Source: an uncultured bacterium
Lineage (GTDB): Bacteria; Omnitrophota; Omnitrophia; Omnitrophales; Aquincolibacteriaceae
DNA length: 64,000 nt
Assembly (NCBI GenBank): GCA_964482725.1
Contig: CAYZYT010000003.1
Coordinates: forward strand, 49,252 to 113,251
Direction: 5' to 3'
The translations under genes were made by a program, and so were the position numbers. The notes under the pieces were generated by a model. The model saw only the letters and a program-made list of their open reading frames with translations, was not told where the DNA came from and did no database searches. Numbering within the stretch: position 1 is the first letter of the stretch; each line of letters opens with the position of its first letter. Below, one piece after another: positions 36,271 through 45,363 of the stretch.

Positions 36271-37487
36271 TGGAAGTCTCCTACCGCTATCAAGCCCGTG
36301 ATAAATTTGGACGGTCGGTGGCCGGACAGATGAGCGCCGTCTCCGATACGGAGGTCGCGACCAACCTTAAAACGAAGGGGCTGACTCCCTTTTCCATTGA
36401 GCCTATCGGGGAAAAGGCGTCCCGTGATTTTTTGGCGCCCTTTCGCCGCTTTAAACAAAGTGACGTCAATGCCTTTACGCGTGAGCTTTATACACTGACC
36501 CGGGCCGGATTGACCATCCTGGCATCTCTGGAGGTGATCGGGGAGCAAGACCGAAATCCCGTGCTCAAGAAGATCGTGGAAGGGCTCATCCAAAGTATCC
36601 GGGGCGGTGCGAGCATCTCCGATAGCTTGCAGCGTTATCCGAAGATCTTTAGCGTCCTTTACGTCAACATGATCCGGGCCGGTGAGGTTTCGGGTCGGCT
36701 GGAACAGATCCTGGAGCGCTTGATCTTCATTGGCGAGGCGGAAGAAAAACTTCAGATGCGCGTCAAGGCGGCGCTTCGTTATCCCGCCATTGTCTTTGGA
36801 GCTCTTGTGCTGGCGTTCCTATTTCTCACCAATTTTATCATCCCGCGTTTTGCCGTTCTTTTCACCCAAAGCGGTGTCGAGCTGCCGCTCCCGACCCGTC
36901 TCCTTTTAGGGATCCATGATGCTTTTACGAAGTATGGGTGGGTGACGGCGATCCTCGTGACCGCCCTGGTGATCTTTCTTATCCGATTTCTGAAGACTCC
37001 CACGGGGAAGCTTTGGCGTGATCGTCTCATGCTCAAGGTACCTGTTTTCGGGTCGTTAATTCTCAAATCTGAAATGTCGCGCTTTGCCCGCATCATGGCG
37101 CTTTTGATCCAGAGCGGGATCCCGGCACTTCGGGCTCTTGAGATCGCATCCGGAAGTTCTGATAATAAAGTGATCGTCGGAGCGATCGATAAGATTCGTG
37201 TGAGTGTTACGGAAGGGACCAGTATGACCGAGCCTATGAAGGCGAGCGGCATTTTTCCGCCTTCGGTGGTACGGATGGTCCATGTGGGGGAAGAGACCGG
37301 GAAAATTGATGAGTTGCTTTTAAAGGTCTCGGAATACTATGATATGCAGGTGGAATACACAGTTACCAATCTGATGGTTCTGATCGAACCGATGTTGATC
37401 GTGGTGCTCGGAGGGATGGTGTTTGTGCTGGCGCTCGGGATGTTCCTCCCGATGTGGAATATGATCAAGGTGTTTCAGCACGCATAG
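36270..37487 (+). CDS. pilC: Type IV pilus platform protein PilC/GspF family
   Basis: 405 aa with two GspF-type repeats and 3 TM helices. Its start overlaps the pilB stop (TAATG). Confidence 0.9.
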   Translation: MEVSYRYQARDKFGRSVAGQMSAVSDTEVATNLKTKGLTPFSIEPIGEKASRDFLAPFRRFKQSDVNAFTRELYTLTRAGLTILASLEVIGEQDRNPVLKKIVEGLIQSIRGGASISDSLQRYPKIFSVLYVNMIRAGEVSGRLEQILERLIFIGEAEEKLQMRVKAALRYPAIVFGALVLAFLFLTNFIIPRFAVLFTQSGVELPLPTRLLLGIHDAFTKYGWVTAILVTALVIFLIRFLKTPTGKLWRDRLMLKVPVFGSLILKSEMSRFARIMALLIQSGIPALRALEIASGSSDNKVIVGAIDKIRVSVTEGTSMTEPMKASGIFPPSVVRMVHVGEETGKIDELLLKVSEYYDMQVEYTVTNLMVLIEPMLIVVLGGMVFVLALGMFLPMWNMIKVFQHA

Positions 37488-37506
37488 GGTTCATGCCCTA
37501 TAGTGT

Positions 37507-37590
37507 TGGCACTGCTCAGGATTGGCTTATACGGGACCTAATGCAGGTGTTTACACCTATAATGCTACGAGCGGGACTTTCCAGTAATAA
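37507..37590 (+). pseudogene. Pilin gene 3' remnant (last ~25 codons plus the double stop TAATAA) with no start codon
   Basis: It translates in frame as ...LAYTGPNAGVYTYNATSGTFQ**, matching the C-termini of the two intact pilins at 37660-38034 and 38141-38515. An in-frame stop lies at 37501 and no start codon is present. Confidence 0.5.
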
Positions 37591-37659
37591 TTTTTCGATC
37601 GACTTAAGTAAAGTGTCCGGGAATGAATGATGTATAAAAATAACAAAAGGAGAAGTCCA

Positions 37660-38034
37660 ATGTTCAAACGCGAAAAAGGTTTTACGCTCATTGAATTGAT
37701 CATGGTGATCGTGCTGTTAGGTCTTTTGGCGGTTGTGGCGATCCCGCAATACACCAATCTCCAGACCCAGGCCAAGACGGCTGCCGAACAAGGGGTGGTC
37801 GGAGGTGTTCGTTCGGGCATCTACACCAAATATGCCGCCAATCTGGCGCAAAATGTCACTCCGGCCTACCCGGCAACACTAGGCGGAACTGGAAGTTGCA
37901 CAACGGGCAGTCCCTGTTTTGGCAATGTTCTTTCACAGGGGATCACGCAGGATTGGTCAGCCAGTGGTGCGACTTTCACGGGTCCCAATGGTGGTACTTA
38001 CACCTACAACGCTACGACCGGGACTTTCCAATAA
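37660..38034 (+). CDS. pilA: Type IVa major pilin (prepilin with N-terminal methylation motif)
   Basis: It has a 7-aa leader MFKREKG followed by FTLIELIMVIVLLGLLAVVAIPQY. An AAAAGGAGAA RBS precedes the ATG at 37660. Confidence 0.85.
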   Translation: MFKREKGFTLIELIMVIVLLGLLAVVAIPQYTNLQTQAKTAAEQGVVGGVRSGIYTKYAANLAQNVTPAYPATLGGTGSCTTGSPCFGNVLSQGITQDWSASGATFTGPNGGTYTYNATTGTFQ

Positions 38035-38140
38035 TAATCTTTGTGGCGGAGTGATGTGGGGTGTTTCTGCATTAATTGAGGCATAGGGCTGCAAAACGAA
38101 GCAGACCTGTTCCCGACAAATCAACAAAAGGAGAATGTAA

Positions 38141-38515
38141 ATGTTTAAACGTGCAAAAGGTTTTACGCTCATTGAATTGATCATGGTGATCGTGCTGTTA
38201 GGTCTTTTGGCGATCGTGGCGATCCCGCAATACACCAATCTCCAGACTCAGGCCAAGACGGCCGCAGAACAAGGGGTGGTCGGAGGCGTTCGTTCGGGGA
38301 TCTACACCAAGTATGCCGCCAACTTAGCGCAAAATGTCACGCCTGCTTTTCCGGCCACGTTGGATGCCAATGCGAACGGTGCTTGTGTGACCTGCTTTAC
38401 CAACGTTCTCTCTCAACCGATCAACGACACGACCTGGACTAAGTCCGGATCGGCTTATACAGGGCCTAATTCCGGCGTTTACTCCTACAACGCTACGACC
38501 GGGACTTTCCAGTAA
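38141..38515 (+). CDS. pilA: Type IVa major pilin, tandem paralog
   Basis: The leader MFKRAKG is followed by FTLIEL. Its N-terminal 75 aa are near-identical to the first pilin, the C-terminal variable region diverges, and the last ~20 aa are conserved. Confidence 0.85.
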   Translation: MFKRAKGFTLIELIMVIVLLGLLAIVAIPQYTNLQTQAKTAAEQGVVGGVRSGIYTKYAANLAQNVTPAFPATLDANANGACVTCFTNVLSQPINDTTWTKSGSAYTGPNSGVYSYNATTGTFQ

Positions 38516-38544
38516 TAAGATTTGTGCCCGATCACAGTTGTGGA

Positions 38545-38580
38545 AAAGCGGGCGTCCTCAAAGGACGCCCGCTTTTCGTT
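38545..38580 (+). terminator. Rho-independent terminator after the second pilin gene
   Basis: The sequence aaaaGCGGGCGTCCtcaaaGGACGCCCGCttttcg forms a 10-bp GC-rich stem followed by Ts. Confidence 0.8.
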
Positions 38581-38596
38581 ATCGAAAGGGTGATTC

Positions 38597-39730
38597 GTGA
38601 ATAAGAAGGGTTCGGCCCTGATGACGGTGCTTATCGTCGTCATCCTTATTCCCATTATTGTTTTTGCCACCACCAGTTTCATTACGTCTTCCTTGCTCCG
38701 CTACACCACGCAAAACAGGAACATCAAGGCCCTCTACCTTGCCCAGGCGGGGATCCATCGGGCCATTTACAAGATCAGGAACGGTGCGCCCGGCGCGCCT
38801 CTGACGGATTTTACCGACCATATCCCCCCAGGCTCGGACGACACAGCCCTTGTGCAACAGACGGGAATAAGTGGTAATGTCTATCAGGTCAAATCGACAG
38901 GAACCTCGGTTGCGGTAAATTATCCGACGCTGATCTCCCGAATGGTTTCTGTGCAATACAATGACAACACGAACAAAATCAGCCTTTGTGCTGAGGGGGA
39001 TGGCACCGGCTTTCCGCCTCTGTGTAGTGCGATTTGGTGGCCGTTTAGCGAGGGATCGGGATATACGACAGGGACCTCGCCCTATGGGGGCACTCTGACG
39101 CCTTCGACTGCAAACGGGCCGGCATGGACTACCGATCGTTATGGGGCCGCGGGGAAAGCGCTCAATTTTAATCAAGCCGCCACCACCAATTATGTGGTCG
39201 TTCCTGATTCTGCGGGGCTTGATCTCACCACCTCTGGAACACTCATGGCATGGATCCGTCCCTCTGCGATACCCAACCAAGCCCAACAGACCATTGTGCA
39301 TAAAGGGGGAGCTACGACAGCCACGAATGCTTATGCCCTTTTTCTTCGTCGACAGAGCACTAATCTAGCCAGAGTCCGATTTTGGATTTACAGTGGCACT
39401 GGGAATGGCACCCAATATTTGGCAAGTGGTGGTACGAATATGGGCCTTAACACTTGGTACCATATCGCCGGAGTTTGGGACTCAACCGGTTTGCGTGTCT
39501 ACCGCAATGGAGTGCCCGACGGTACTCTCGTGAGCGCCAATCGGGTGGCGAGGACTAATGCCAATTCCTTGTACATAGGTGCGAGTGGGACTTTGGCAGC
39601 AGCCCAAGAGTTTGCCGGGAAAATCGATGAAGTGTACATCTATGGTTGCCGAAAAACCGATGCGGAAATTAAGACTTATTACAATGCCACCTGCGCCGGA
39701 AGCGGCGCGACTCCTTGTCCGCAGCCTTGA
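38597..39730 (+). CDS. Minor pilin (PilX/GspK-like N-terminus lacking Glu5) with a C-terminal LamG/concanavalin-A-like jelly-roll domain
   Basis: A GTG start has a GAAAGGG RBS upstream. The N-terminus KKGSALMTVLIVVILIPIIVF is pseudopilin-like without E5. The C-terminal region (TLMAWIRP...WYHIAGVWDSTGLRVYRNGVPDG...SLYIGA...GKIDEVYIY) has a LamG-like pattern. Confidence 0.55.
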   Translation: MNKKGSALMTVLIVVILIPIIVFATTSFITSSLLRYTTQNRNIKALYLAQAGIHRAIYKIRNGAPGAPLTDFTDHIPPGSDDTALVQQTGISGNVYQVKSTGTSVAVNYPTLISRMVSVQYNDNTNKISLCAEGDGTGFPPLCSAIWWPFSEGSGYTTGTSPYGGTLTPSTANGPAWTTDRYGAAGKALNFNQAATTNYVVVPDSAGLDLTTSGTLMAWIRPSAIPNQAQQTIVHKGGATTATNAYALFLRRQSTNLARVRFWIYSGTGNGTQYLASGGTNMGLNTWYHIAGVWDSTGLRVYRNGVPDGTLVSANRVARTNANSLYIGASGTLAAAQEFAGKIDEVYIYGCRKTDAEIKTYYNATCAGSGATPCPQP

Positions 39731-39828
39731 TCCGGGGAATGAATGATAAACTCTAAACTCGAAATCCGAGACTCTAAACAAATTCAAATTTATGAAAACT
39801 CTAAACACTAGAGCGTCTCTCAATAGCG
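39731..39828. repeat. A/T-rich CTCTAAAC / CGAAATCCGAG repeat copy, same family as 16541-16650 and 29791-30360
   Basis: It contains ctctaaactcgaaatccgagactctaaacaaa...aaactctaaacacta. Confidence 0.4.
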
Positions 39829-40304
39829 TCGTCATCCTGAGCTTGCCCCGTTTTACGGGGCGGGCGAAGGATCTCACTTTGAGATTCTTCGGACTGCTGC
39901 CTTCTGCGAAGGCAAGAAGCAGGTCTCAGAATGACGCCTTTCTGCGAAAAGGTGTCACGCTGATAGAACTGATCATGGCCATGGTCATATTGGTCGCGAT
40001 CTCCATCCCGACGGCTTCTATGATCGGAGCGCAGATCCAGGGTATGGCCGAGTCTTCAGACCTTACGGCGGCCGGGAATGCGGCGCGAGCGCAGATGGAA
40101 AAACTCGAGAATACCGCCTATGGAAATGTCACGGCAAACAGCACCACCGTTTCTCCTTACGAGCTGAGCTGGGGCGTCGCGGAGACCGTGAATGGCACCG
40201 AAGCGATGAAAAATATTACGATGAGCATTCAGAGGACCGGGACGTCATCGGTTCTGTTGACGCTTTACAACACGTTCTGTAAGGGTGTGAGCGACGGCGA
40301 ATGA
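39792..40304 (+). CDS. Pseudopilin (type IV prepilin-like) whose 5' end is uncertain or disrupted by inserted repeats
   Basis: The mature-pilin-like segment G-VTLIELIMAMVILVAISIP starts at about 39951. The only in-frame ATG upstream is at 39792, and the 53 aa before the Gly are a read-through of the two repeat elements. No canonical start exists within 20 codons of the Gly. Confidence 0.45.
   Translation: MKTLNTRASLNSVVILSLPRFTGRAKDLTLRFFGLLPSAKARSRSQNDAFLRKGVTLIELIMAMVILVAISIPTASMIGAQIQGMAESSDLTAAGNAARAQMEKLENTAYGNVTANSTTVSPYELSWGVAETVNGTEAMKNITMSIQRTGTSSVLLTLYNTFCKGVSDGE
39829..39936. repeat. MITE-like nested palindrome element, copy E3 of the GTCATYC...GRATGAC family
   Basis: It reads cgtcatcctgagc ... 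ccccgttttacgggg ... gaaggatctcactttgagattcttc ... ctgccttctgcgaaggcaagaagcag ... ctcagaatgacg. Confidence 0.55.
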
Positions 40305-40383
40305 AAAATATCCGCGGGTTTACCCCGTTAGAGACTGGTCAAAGATCACTTCAGCTACGTTTTCCTGGTGAGGGGCAATAAGC

Positions 40384-40998
40384 ATGAACGCCTGGGTAGG
40401 GCAGGACTCGCGGAAGCGCTCAAAGAAGCGCTTCCTGTCTCTAACGGGGTTTACCCTTATTGAGCTTGTGATGGTAATTCTTATCGCGAGCGCTCTTTCC
40501 ATGGGCGGGTACTACATCATGCAGTTTATGGTCCAGAATACCTTCTACTTGCCGAACCAGGTCCAGACAGATCTCGCGGCCGCGCAGGCCTTGGAGACTT
40601 TGGTCGAAGGGGATACGGCGACCGTTCACGGATTACGTTTCTCAAGGACCGTAACGGCTCTTGCGCCCAACGACGTGACGGTGAAGGACCAGGATTGCGG
40701 AGATTTGAGGTTCTGGCTGGATACGGCGAATCACCAGCTCAAACGGCAGATTGGAGGGGGGGCCGAGACTGTGGTGCCGTATTTTATGCCTCCGAGTGTG
40801 TCTTTTACCGGATCCGGTGTCGGAGATGCTTTTTTCACTTATTACGATGGGTTGGAGGTAGAGACGAATGACCCTACCAAGGTGCGCCGCATCCAGATCA
40901 ATTTAATTGCTCAACAAGGAGCGGGTTCGGTCGATAGTTTTCAAGGGATCAGTCGTCAGAACACGTCCGTTAAAGTGAGTAAATATACATGCGTGTAA
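40384..40998 (+). CDS. Pseudopilin (prepilin-type N-terminal cleavage/methylation domain protein)
   Basis: The leader ...RFLSLTG is followed by FTLIELVMVILIASALSMGGYYIM. The mature part is about 180 aa. Confidence 0.6.
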   Translation: MNAWVGQDSRKRSKKRFLSLTGFTLIELVMVILIASALSMGGYYIMQFMVQNTFYLPNQVQTDLAAAQALETLVEGDTATVHGLRFSRTVTALAPNDVTVKDQDCGDLRFWLDTANHQLKRQIGGGAETVVPYFMPPSVSFTGSGVGDAFFTYYDGLEVETNDPTKVRRIQINLIAQQGAGSVDSFQGISRQNTSVKVSKYTCV

Positions 40999-41094
40999 AC
41001 CCGGAAGCTACCGTGTTTAGTTTATTCTTCCGGGTTAACGGTACGGTTCGGATCCATTAATTAAACACAACGGGTCATCATCGCCAGGAGTCTC

Positions 41095-42672
41095 ATGTCT
41101 TTTCTTTCTATAGAATTAGGGAAGCATCAGTTCAAGGTGCTTTTACTTGAAAGAGAGAAGGATGTTTTGGTGATCCGGCAAGATCTCGCTCTCATCATTC
41201 CTCCCGAGTTCATCAAATCCAAGATCCCCGAAGCGCTTAAGGATTTTATGCGGCGCTACGATGTTACGGATCACAAGATTTTTTTGACCCTTTCGGACCC
41301 GAGCGTGATCACCCTTAAGAATGCTGTGTTCCCCCTGATGGCGACAGGCGAACTTGTGGCGGCGATCGCATGGCACGCCAAAGAAGAGGGGGTCTTGACG
41401 GAGGATGTGATCTTTTTTAGTTATGAGATCGTCAAGGAGTTCGAGGACTCCGAAGGCGCGAAGAAGGTCGCGGTGACGTATTCAACCGTGAACCGGAAGC
41501 TTCTCGAAGAGTCGATCCGGATGCTGAAGCGGATGGGCCTCGAGGTCCTCCATGTGAGTGCTGCGCCGCTCAACACCCCGAAGGTTTTGCCGGCTGCGGC
41601 AGACAAGTCTCAATCTCAGATGGTGCTGCATCTGGGGTATTCCTCTTCGACTTGTGTGATCTATAAAAATGGAAAACTGGTTTTTATGAGAACCTTGTCG
41701 TTCTCTTACGAGAAAACCCGGTTGAGTCTGAACGACCCGCTCTTTTTGGGGGCGAAGTTCAGAACCCCGGCAGCCGAGGCGGAGATCGAGAAGGCGATCC
41801 AGACGATCGGGATCCCTCACGAAGAATTCTCGGTCGGGAGCGGGGAGAACCAGGCCACGCAGTTTTTTGGTCTCATGCGACCGGTCTTGGAAGGTCTTGT
41901 CCGTGAGATCCGTTATTCCCTGACTTATTTTATGCAAAACTTAAGTGAAGAAAAGCCTTCGGCTTTGTTCCTGACGGGACATGGCACGAGATTCAAGGGC
42001 CTGGATCTTTATCTTAACAGAGAGTTGGAAATGCCCGTTTCAAACCTGAGGCTGCCTTCGTCAGCCCGGTGCGACCAGGCCGCTGTCCTTGAAGACCCGA
42101 TTCGGCTCAGTCAGTGTGTGAGTGCGGTGGCAGGACTTCTTCCGGGTGAGAAGAGCGCGGATTTCATGCCTTTTGAGATTAAAAGCCAGAAGTTCGAAAC
42201 TTTCCAGAGAAGTGTCTTGAAAATGGTTACGCTTGTTGCGGCGGGGCTCTGTGTGAGCTCATTCATTTTAGCGAATCTTCACGGGGTTTTTTTAAAGGAG
42301 CGTTTCGGGCTTGGAGAAAAAGAGCTTGCGAACTTCGGGAAATTCGCTCAGGCTTCAGCCCAGGCGTTCCCGAAGTATTATTTGACGCGCGAGTTGGAAA
42401 AAGCGACGATCCCTGCCGACAAAGTTTTGCGTCTCTTGGGGCATTTGATGCCCGGGGGGTTGGCGATGCGCCATTTTGAAGTCGATTCTTCAAGCCGTTC
42501 CATGGTGGCAGATCTTGAGACGTCCGGGTTGGATGAGGGGGGGAATCCGATGGTCGAGGACCTCCTCAGGAGGCTCCGGGAAACGGGATTTTTTAAAAGG
42601 GTCGATGCGAAGCCCGTGAACGGATATTCGGTGTCCGTTTACAGGCTCGAAGGAGTTTTCCGAAATGATTAA
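41095..42672 (+). CDS. pilM: PilM-like actin-fold ATPase with a fused C-terminal PilN-like bitopic domain
   Basis: The N-terminal ~350 aa are PilM/FtsA-like (a CAGGAG RBS precedes the start). A TM helix (VTLVAAGLCVSSFILANL) and a periplasmic domain of about 130 aa follow. Confidence 0.65.
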   Translation: MSFLSIELGKHQFKVLLLEREKDVLVIRQDLALIIPPEFIKSKIPEALKDFMRRYDVTDHKIFLTLSDPSVITLKNAVFPLMATGELVAAIAWHAKEEGVLTEDVIFFSYEIVKEFEDSEGAKKVAVTYSTVNRKLLEESIRMLKRMGLEVLHVSAAPLNTPKVLPAAADKSQSQMVLHLGYSSSTCVIYKNGKLVFMRTLSFSYEKTRLSLNDPLFLGAKFRTPAAEAEIEKAIQTIGIPHEEFSVGSGENQATQFFGLMRPVLEGLVREIRYSLTYFMQNLSEEKPSALFLTGHGTRFKGLDLYLNRELEMPVSNLRLPSSARCDQAAVLEDPIRLSQCVSAVAGLLPGEKSADFMPFEIKSQKFETFQRSVLKMVTLVAAGLCVSSFILANLHGVFLKERFGLGEKELANFGKFAQASAQAFPKYYLTRELEKATIPADKVLRLLGHLMPGGLAMRHFEVDSSSRSMVADLETSGLDEGGNPMVEDLLRRLRETGFFKRVDAKPVNGYSVSVYRLEGVFRND

Positions 42673-43252
42673 TGTCCAAAAGGACCGGATCACTTATTCC
42701 CAGATCGCGATCTTTGTATGGGCGCTTTCGATCGTGCTGGGGGTTGTTCTTTTTTTTCAGTTCGTGGATGGTCCGGCAGATTTACGAGTGCTGGGGATCC
42801 GTGAGCGTCTGGATGTTATTGAAACCCGGCTGAAGTGGATGACCCAGACCATTGACACGATCCAGGATCCCGTAAAGGTCCTGGAATATTTCAAGGAGAA
42901 GGATCGGGATCTTGACCGAAGGTTTCCTGATGCGGCGGAGAAGTCTTTGCTGATGCTGACGGAGTATGCCAACAAATTTGGGCTTCGGGTCGAACGGATC
43001 CAGGCGGAAAGACCGCGGAAGGTTGTGAGCGCTCGCGGGGGGCCGCTTGACGCGGAAGGAAAGATTTGTTATGGAGTGCAGGTTTCCCTTAGGTTTAAAG
43101 GGGAGTACTACAACCTCGTTAAGTATCTCGATGCCTTGCGCAAGGTGGTCCCGGCTTTTCTGGTCGTGAGGGATATCTCGATCGATAATAAGTTTTCGTC
43201 TGGGCCGAAGCTCGAAGGTACTCTGGATCTGAGTCTCTACCTCCTGGAGTGA
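42665..43252 (+). CDS. pilO: PilO-like inner-membrane pilus assembly protein
   Basis: It has an N-terminal TM, a coiled coil, and a C-terminal ferredoxin-like region (VSLRFKGEYYNLVKYLDALRKVVPAFLVVRDISI). It overlaps the upstream gene. Confidence 0.5.
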   Translation: MINVQKDRITYSQIAIFVWALSIVLGVVLFFQFVDGPADLRVLGIRERLDVIETRLKWMTQTIDTIQDPVKVLEYFKEKDRDLDRRFPDAAEKSLLMLTEYANKFGLRVERIQAERPRKVVSARGGPLDAEGKICYGVQVSLRFKGEYYNLVKYLDALRKVVPAFLVVRDISIDNKFSSGPKLEGTLDLSLYLLE

Positions 43253-43734
43253 TGATGCAAAAAAAAGTGGCTTTCCAACTGGGTGTGATCGGGGTCATGG
43301 CGCTTGCCTTGGTGCTTATGAGTATTCCTCTTTTTAAGAAGGGGACGGGGGGCTCCAAGAAGCTTTCGACGTCCCCTGCCGCGTCCGGGCTTGCGTCCAA
43401 TGCGGGTCTCGGGCGGACGGATTCCTCCGGGCCAACGATCAAGTTGCGGCATATAAAGGACGATAAATTCTATGAGAGGCTTAGCCGTGTTGCGGAGGCT
43501 TTGCCCCTGGCTCGCGATCCTTTTTCTTTTACTTTTACAGGTCCCAAGAGTCTGCGCGATGGTATGGAGCTTGCAGGGATCCTCTGGGAAGGTGAAAAGC
43601 CCATCGCGATCATTAATCAGTCATTTTTTAATGTCGGAGATTCCAACGAGCAATTCAGCGTGATCAAGATCTTGCAGGACCGGGTGGTGTTAAAAGATAG
43701 AACCGGAGAGTTCGAACTTCGCCTGAAACAGTAG
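43249..43734 (+). CDS. pilP: PilP-like lipoprotein or bitopic pilus assembly protein
   Basis: It has an N-terminal hydrophobic segment, the conserved RDPF motif (LARDPFSF), and a C-terminal beta domain. Confidence 0.45.
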   Translation: MMMQKKVAFQLGVIGVMALALVLMSIPLFKKGTGGSKKLSTSPAASGLASNAGLGRTDSSGPTIKLRHIKDDKFYERLSRVAEALPLARDPFSFTFTGPKSLRDGMELAGILWEGEKPIAIINQSFFNVGDSNEQFSVIKILQDRVVLKDRTGEFELRLKQ

Positions 43735-43818
43735 TACGTCATGGGATCAATTCGTCCTGGATTTGTAGGACAGGTTTCAATCTGCCCTACCTCAGTAGGT
43801 GAATTCACGGGAGGCATC

Positions 43819-45363
43819 ATGAAGGCTCGACTTTGGATTTTTTTAGCTTTTTTTATGGGGGTGTCGGCATTTCTAGCCGGTGCCGCGGAGCCCGGTTTGA
43901 GCAGCCTTAAATTCAAGGATACTGAGATCTCGACGGTGCTGAAGGCCATTGAGAAGAAAGCGGGTCTCGAAGGGAAAAAGATCACGATCGTGACAACGCC
44001 CGAGGTGTTTGGACTCGTGACGGTGGATCTCGAGAATGTCGATTGGAAGACCGCGTTCAAGGTTATTCTCAAGATGTACGATCTCGGTTATACCCAGGAC
44101 GGGAATATTCTTACGGTCTCCACCCTCACCAAGATCGGGGATGACCAGAAAAAAGAGGATGATGCTCTTTTTGCCTCCGGCGGGATGAAGATCGAAGCCT
44201 TCAAGCTCAAGCATGTTGAAGCCGCCGATGTCGCAAAAATGATCACGCCCTTTCTTTCTGAAAAAGGGAAAGTCTCCGTCATGGATGTTGTGAATAAGCA
44301 GGGATGGGGTTTTTCCGCGAGTACGAGCGGGCAAACCAGTGTGGGGGATGGAGCCTCTTCCGGAAATAGTGGTTCCTCCAATCAGACCCAAGCGCCGCAA
44401 AATACGACCAAAATGACACGGACCAAGATCTTGGCGGTTTCTGATACGCCGATCGTGGTGCGTCAGGTCGCAAAGCTCATTGAAGAAGTGGATGTGGCGC
44501 CCAAGCAGGTCCTGATCCGTGCGATCCTTCTGGAAGTGGTGCAGAACAAACTTTTTGATCTCGGTCTTGATTTTGGGACCCTCGACACGAAGGGAACTGC
44601 GGGAGATATTTTTAACAAGGATTATAAGCTGGGGGCTGCCAGCCGGTTTTCCGAAACACCGAGTGCTTTCAAACCCTTTGAAACAGGGATGACCTCGGCT
44701 AATTCGGGGCTTAAATTTGGATTTTCAAAAATGCAAGGCACGCAATTTGAAGTAACTTTGCATGCGCTTCAAGAAGATAAAAACACCAACACCCTGTCCA
44801 CGCCTACGATCCTCACTCTCGATGGCCGCGAGGCCACGATCTTGGTTGGGCAGCAATATCCGATCGTCGACACTACGTCGAGCACCAATGTCAATAACAC
44901 GGTGGGGGGGTCGCTCAATTATTATCAGAATATCGGGATCCAGCTTCGCGTGGTGCCGCAGATCGTCGGCGATAACGAAGACCGGGTGAATCTCATCGTC
45001 CACCCCACAGTTTCCAATAAAAACGAGACGGTTAAAGTCAAAGGAGGCGCTGACGGTCTCGCCACCATAGCCGAATATCCTATTATCGATACCCGCGAAG
45101 CTGAGACTCAGATGGTGATCGATGATGGAGATACCGTGGTGATGGGCGGACTCTTGAGTGATGCGAAAACAAAAGAGTTGGCCGGAGTGCCTTTCTTGAG
45201 CGATATCCCGCTTTTGGGGAAAATCTTTGACAGACTGACGAAAAATGGCGAGAAGAAAGACCTTGTGATCTTTCTGACCGTGAAGATCGTTCGTCCCTCC
45301 ATGGTGCTTCCCGCGGATGTTTTGGACCGGACGAAGATCGACCAAATGACCAAAGGCTTATGA
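43819..45363 (+). CDS. pilQ: Type IV pilus secretin PilQ/MshL family
   Basis: A GGGAGG RBS precedes the start. It has a signal peptide, N domains, and the secretin C-domain with the signature GGLLSDAKTKELAGVPFLSDIPLLGKIFD. Confidence 0.85.
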   Translation: MKARLWIFLAFFMGVSAFLAGAAEPGLSSLKFKDTEISTVLKAIEKKAGLEGKKITIVTTPEVFGLVTVDLENVDWKTAFKVILKMYDLGYTQDGNILTVSTLTKIGDDQKKEDDALFASGGMKIEAFKLKHVEAADVAKMITPFLSEKGKVSVMDVVNKQGWGFSASTSGQTSVGDGASSGNSGSSNQTQAPQNTTKMTRTKILAVSDTPIVVRQVAKLIEEVDVAPKQVLIRAILLEVVQNKLFDLGLDFGTLDTKGTAGDIFNKDYKLGAASRFSETPSAFKPFETGMTSANSGLKFGFSKMQGTQFEVTLHALQEDKNTNTLSTPTILTLDGREATILVGQQYPIVDTTSSTNVNNTVGGSLNYYQNIGIQLRVVPQIVGDNEDRVNLIVHPTVSNKNETVKVKGGADGLATIAEYPIIDTREAETQMVIDDGDTVVMGGLLSDAKTKELAGVPFLSDIPLLGKIFDRLTKNGEKKDLVIFLTVKIVRPSMVLPADVLDRTKIDQMTKGL

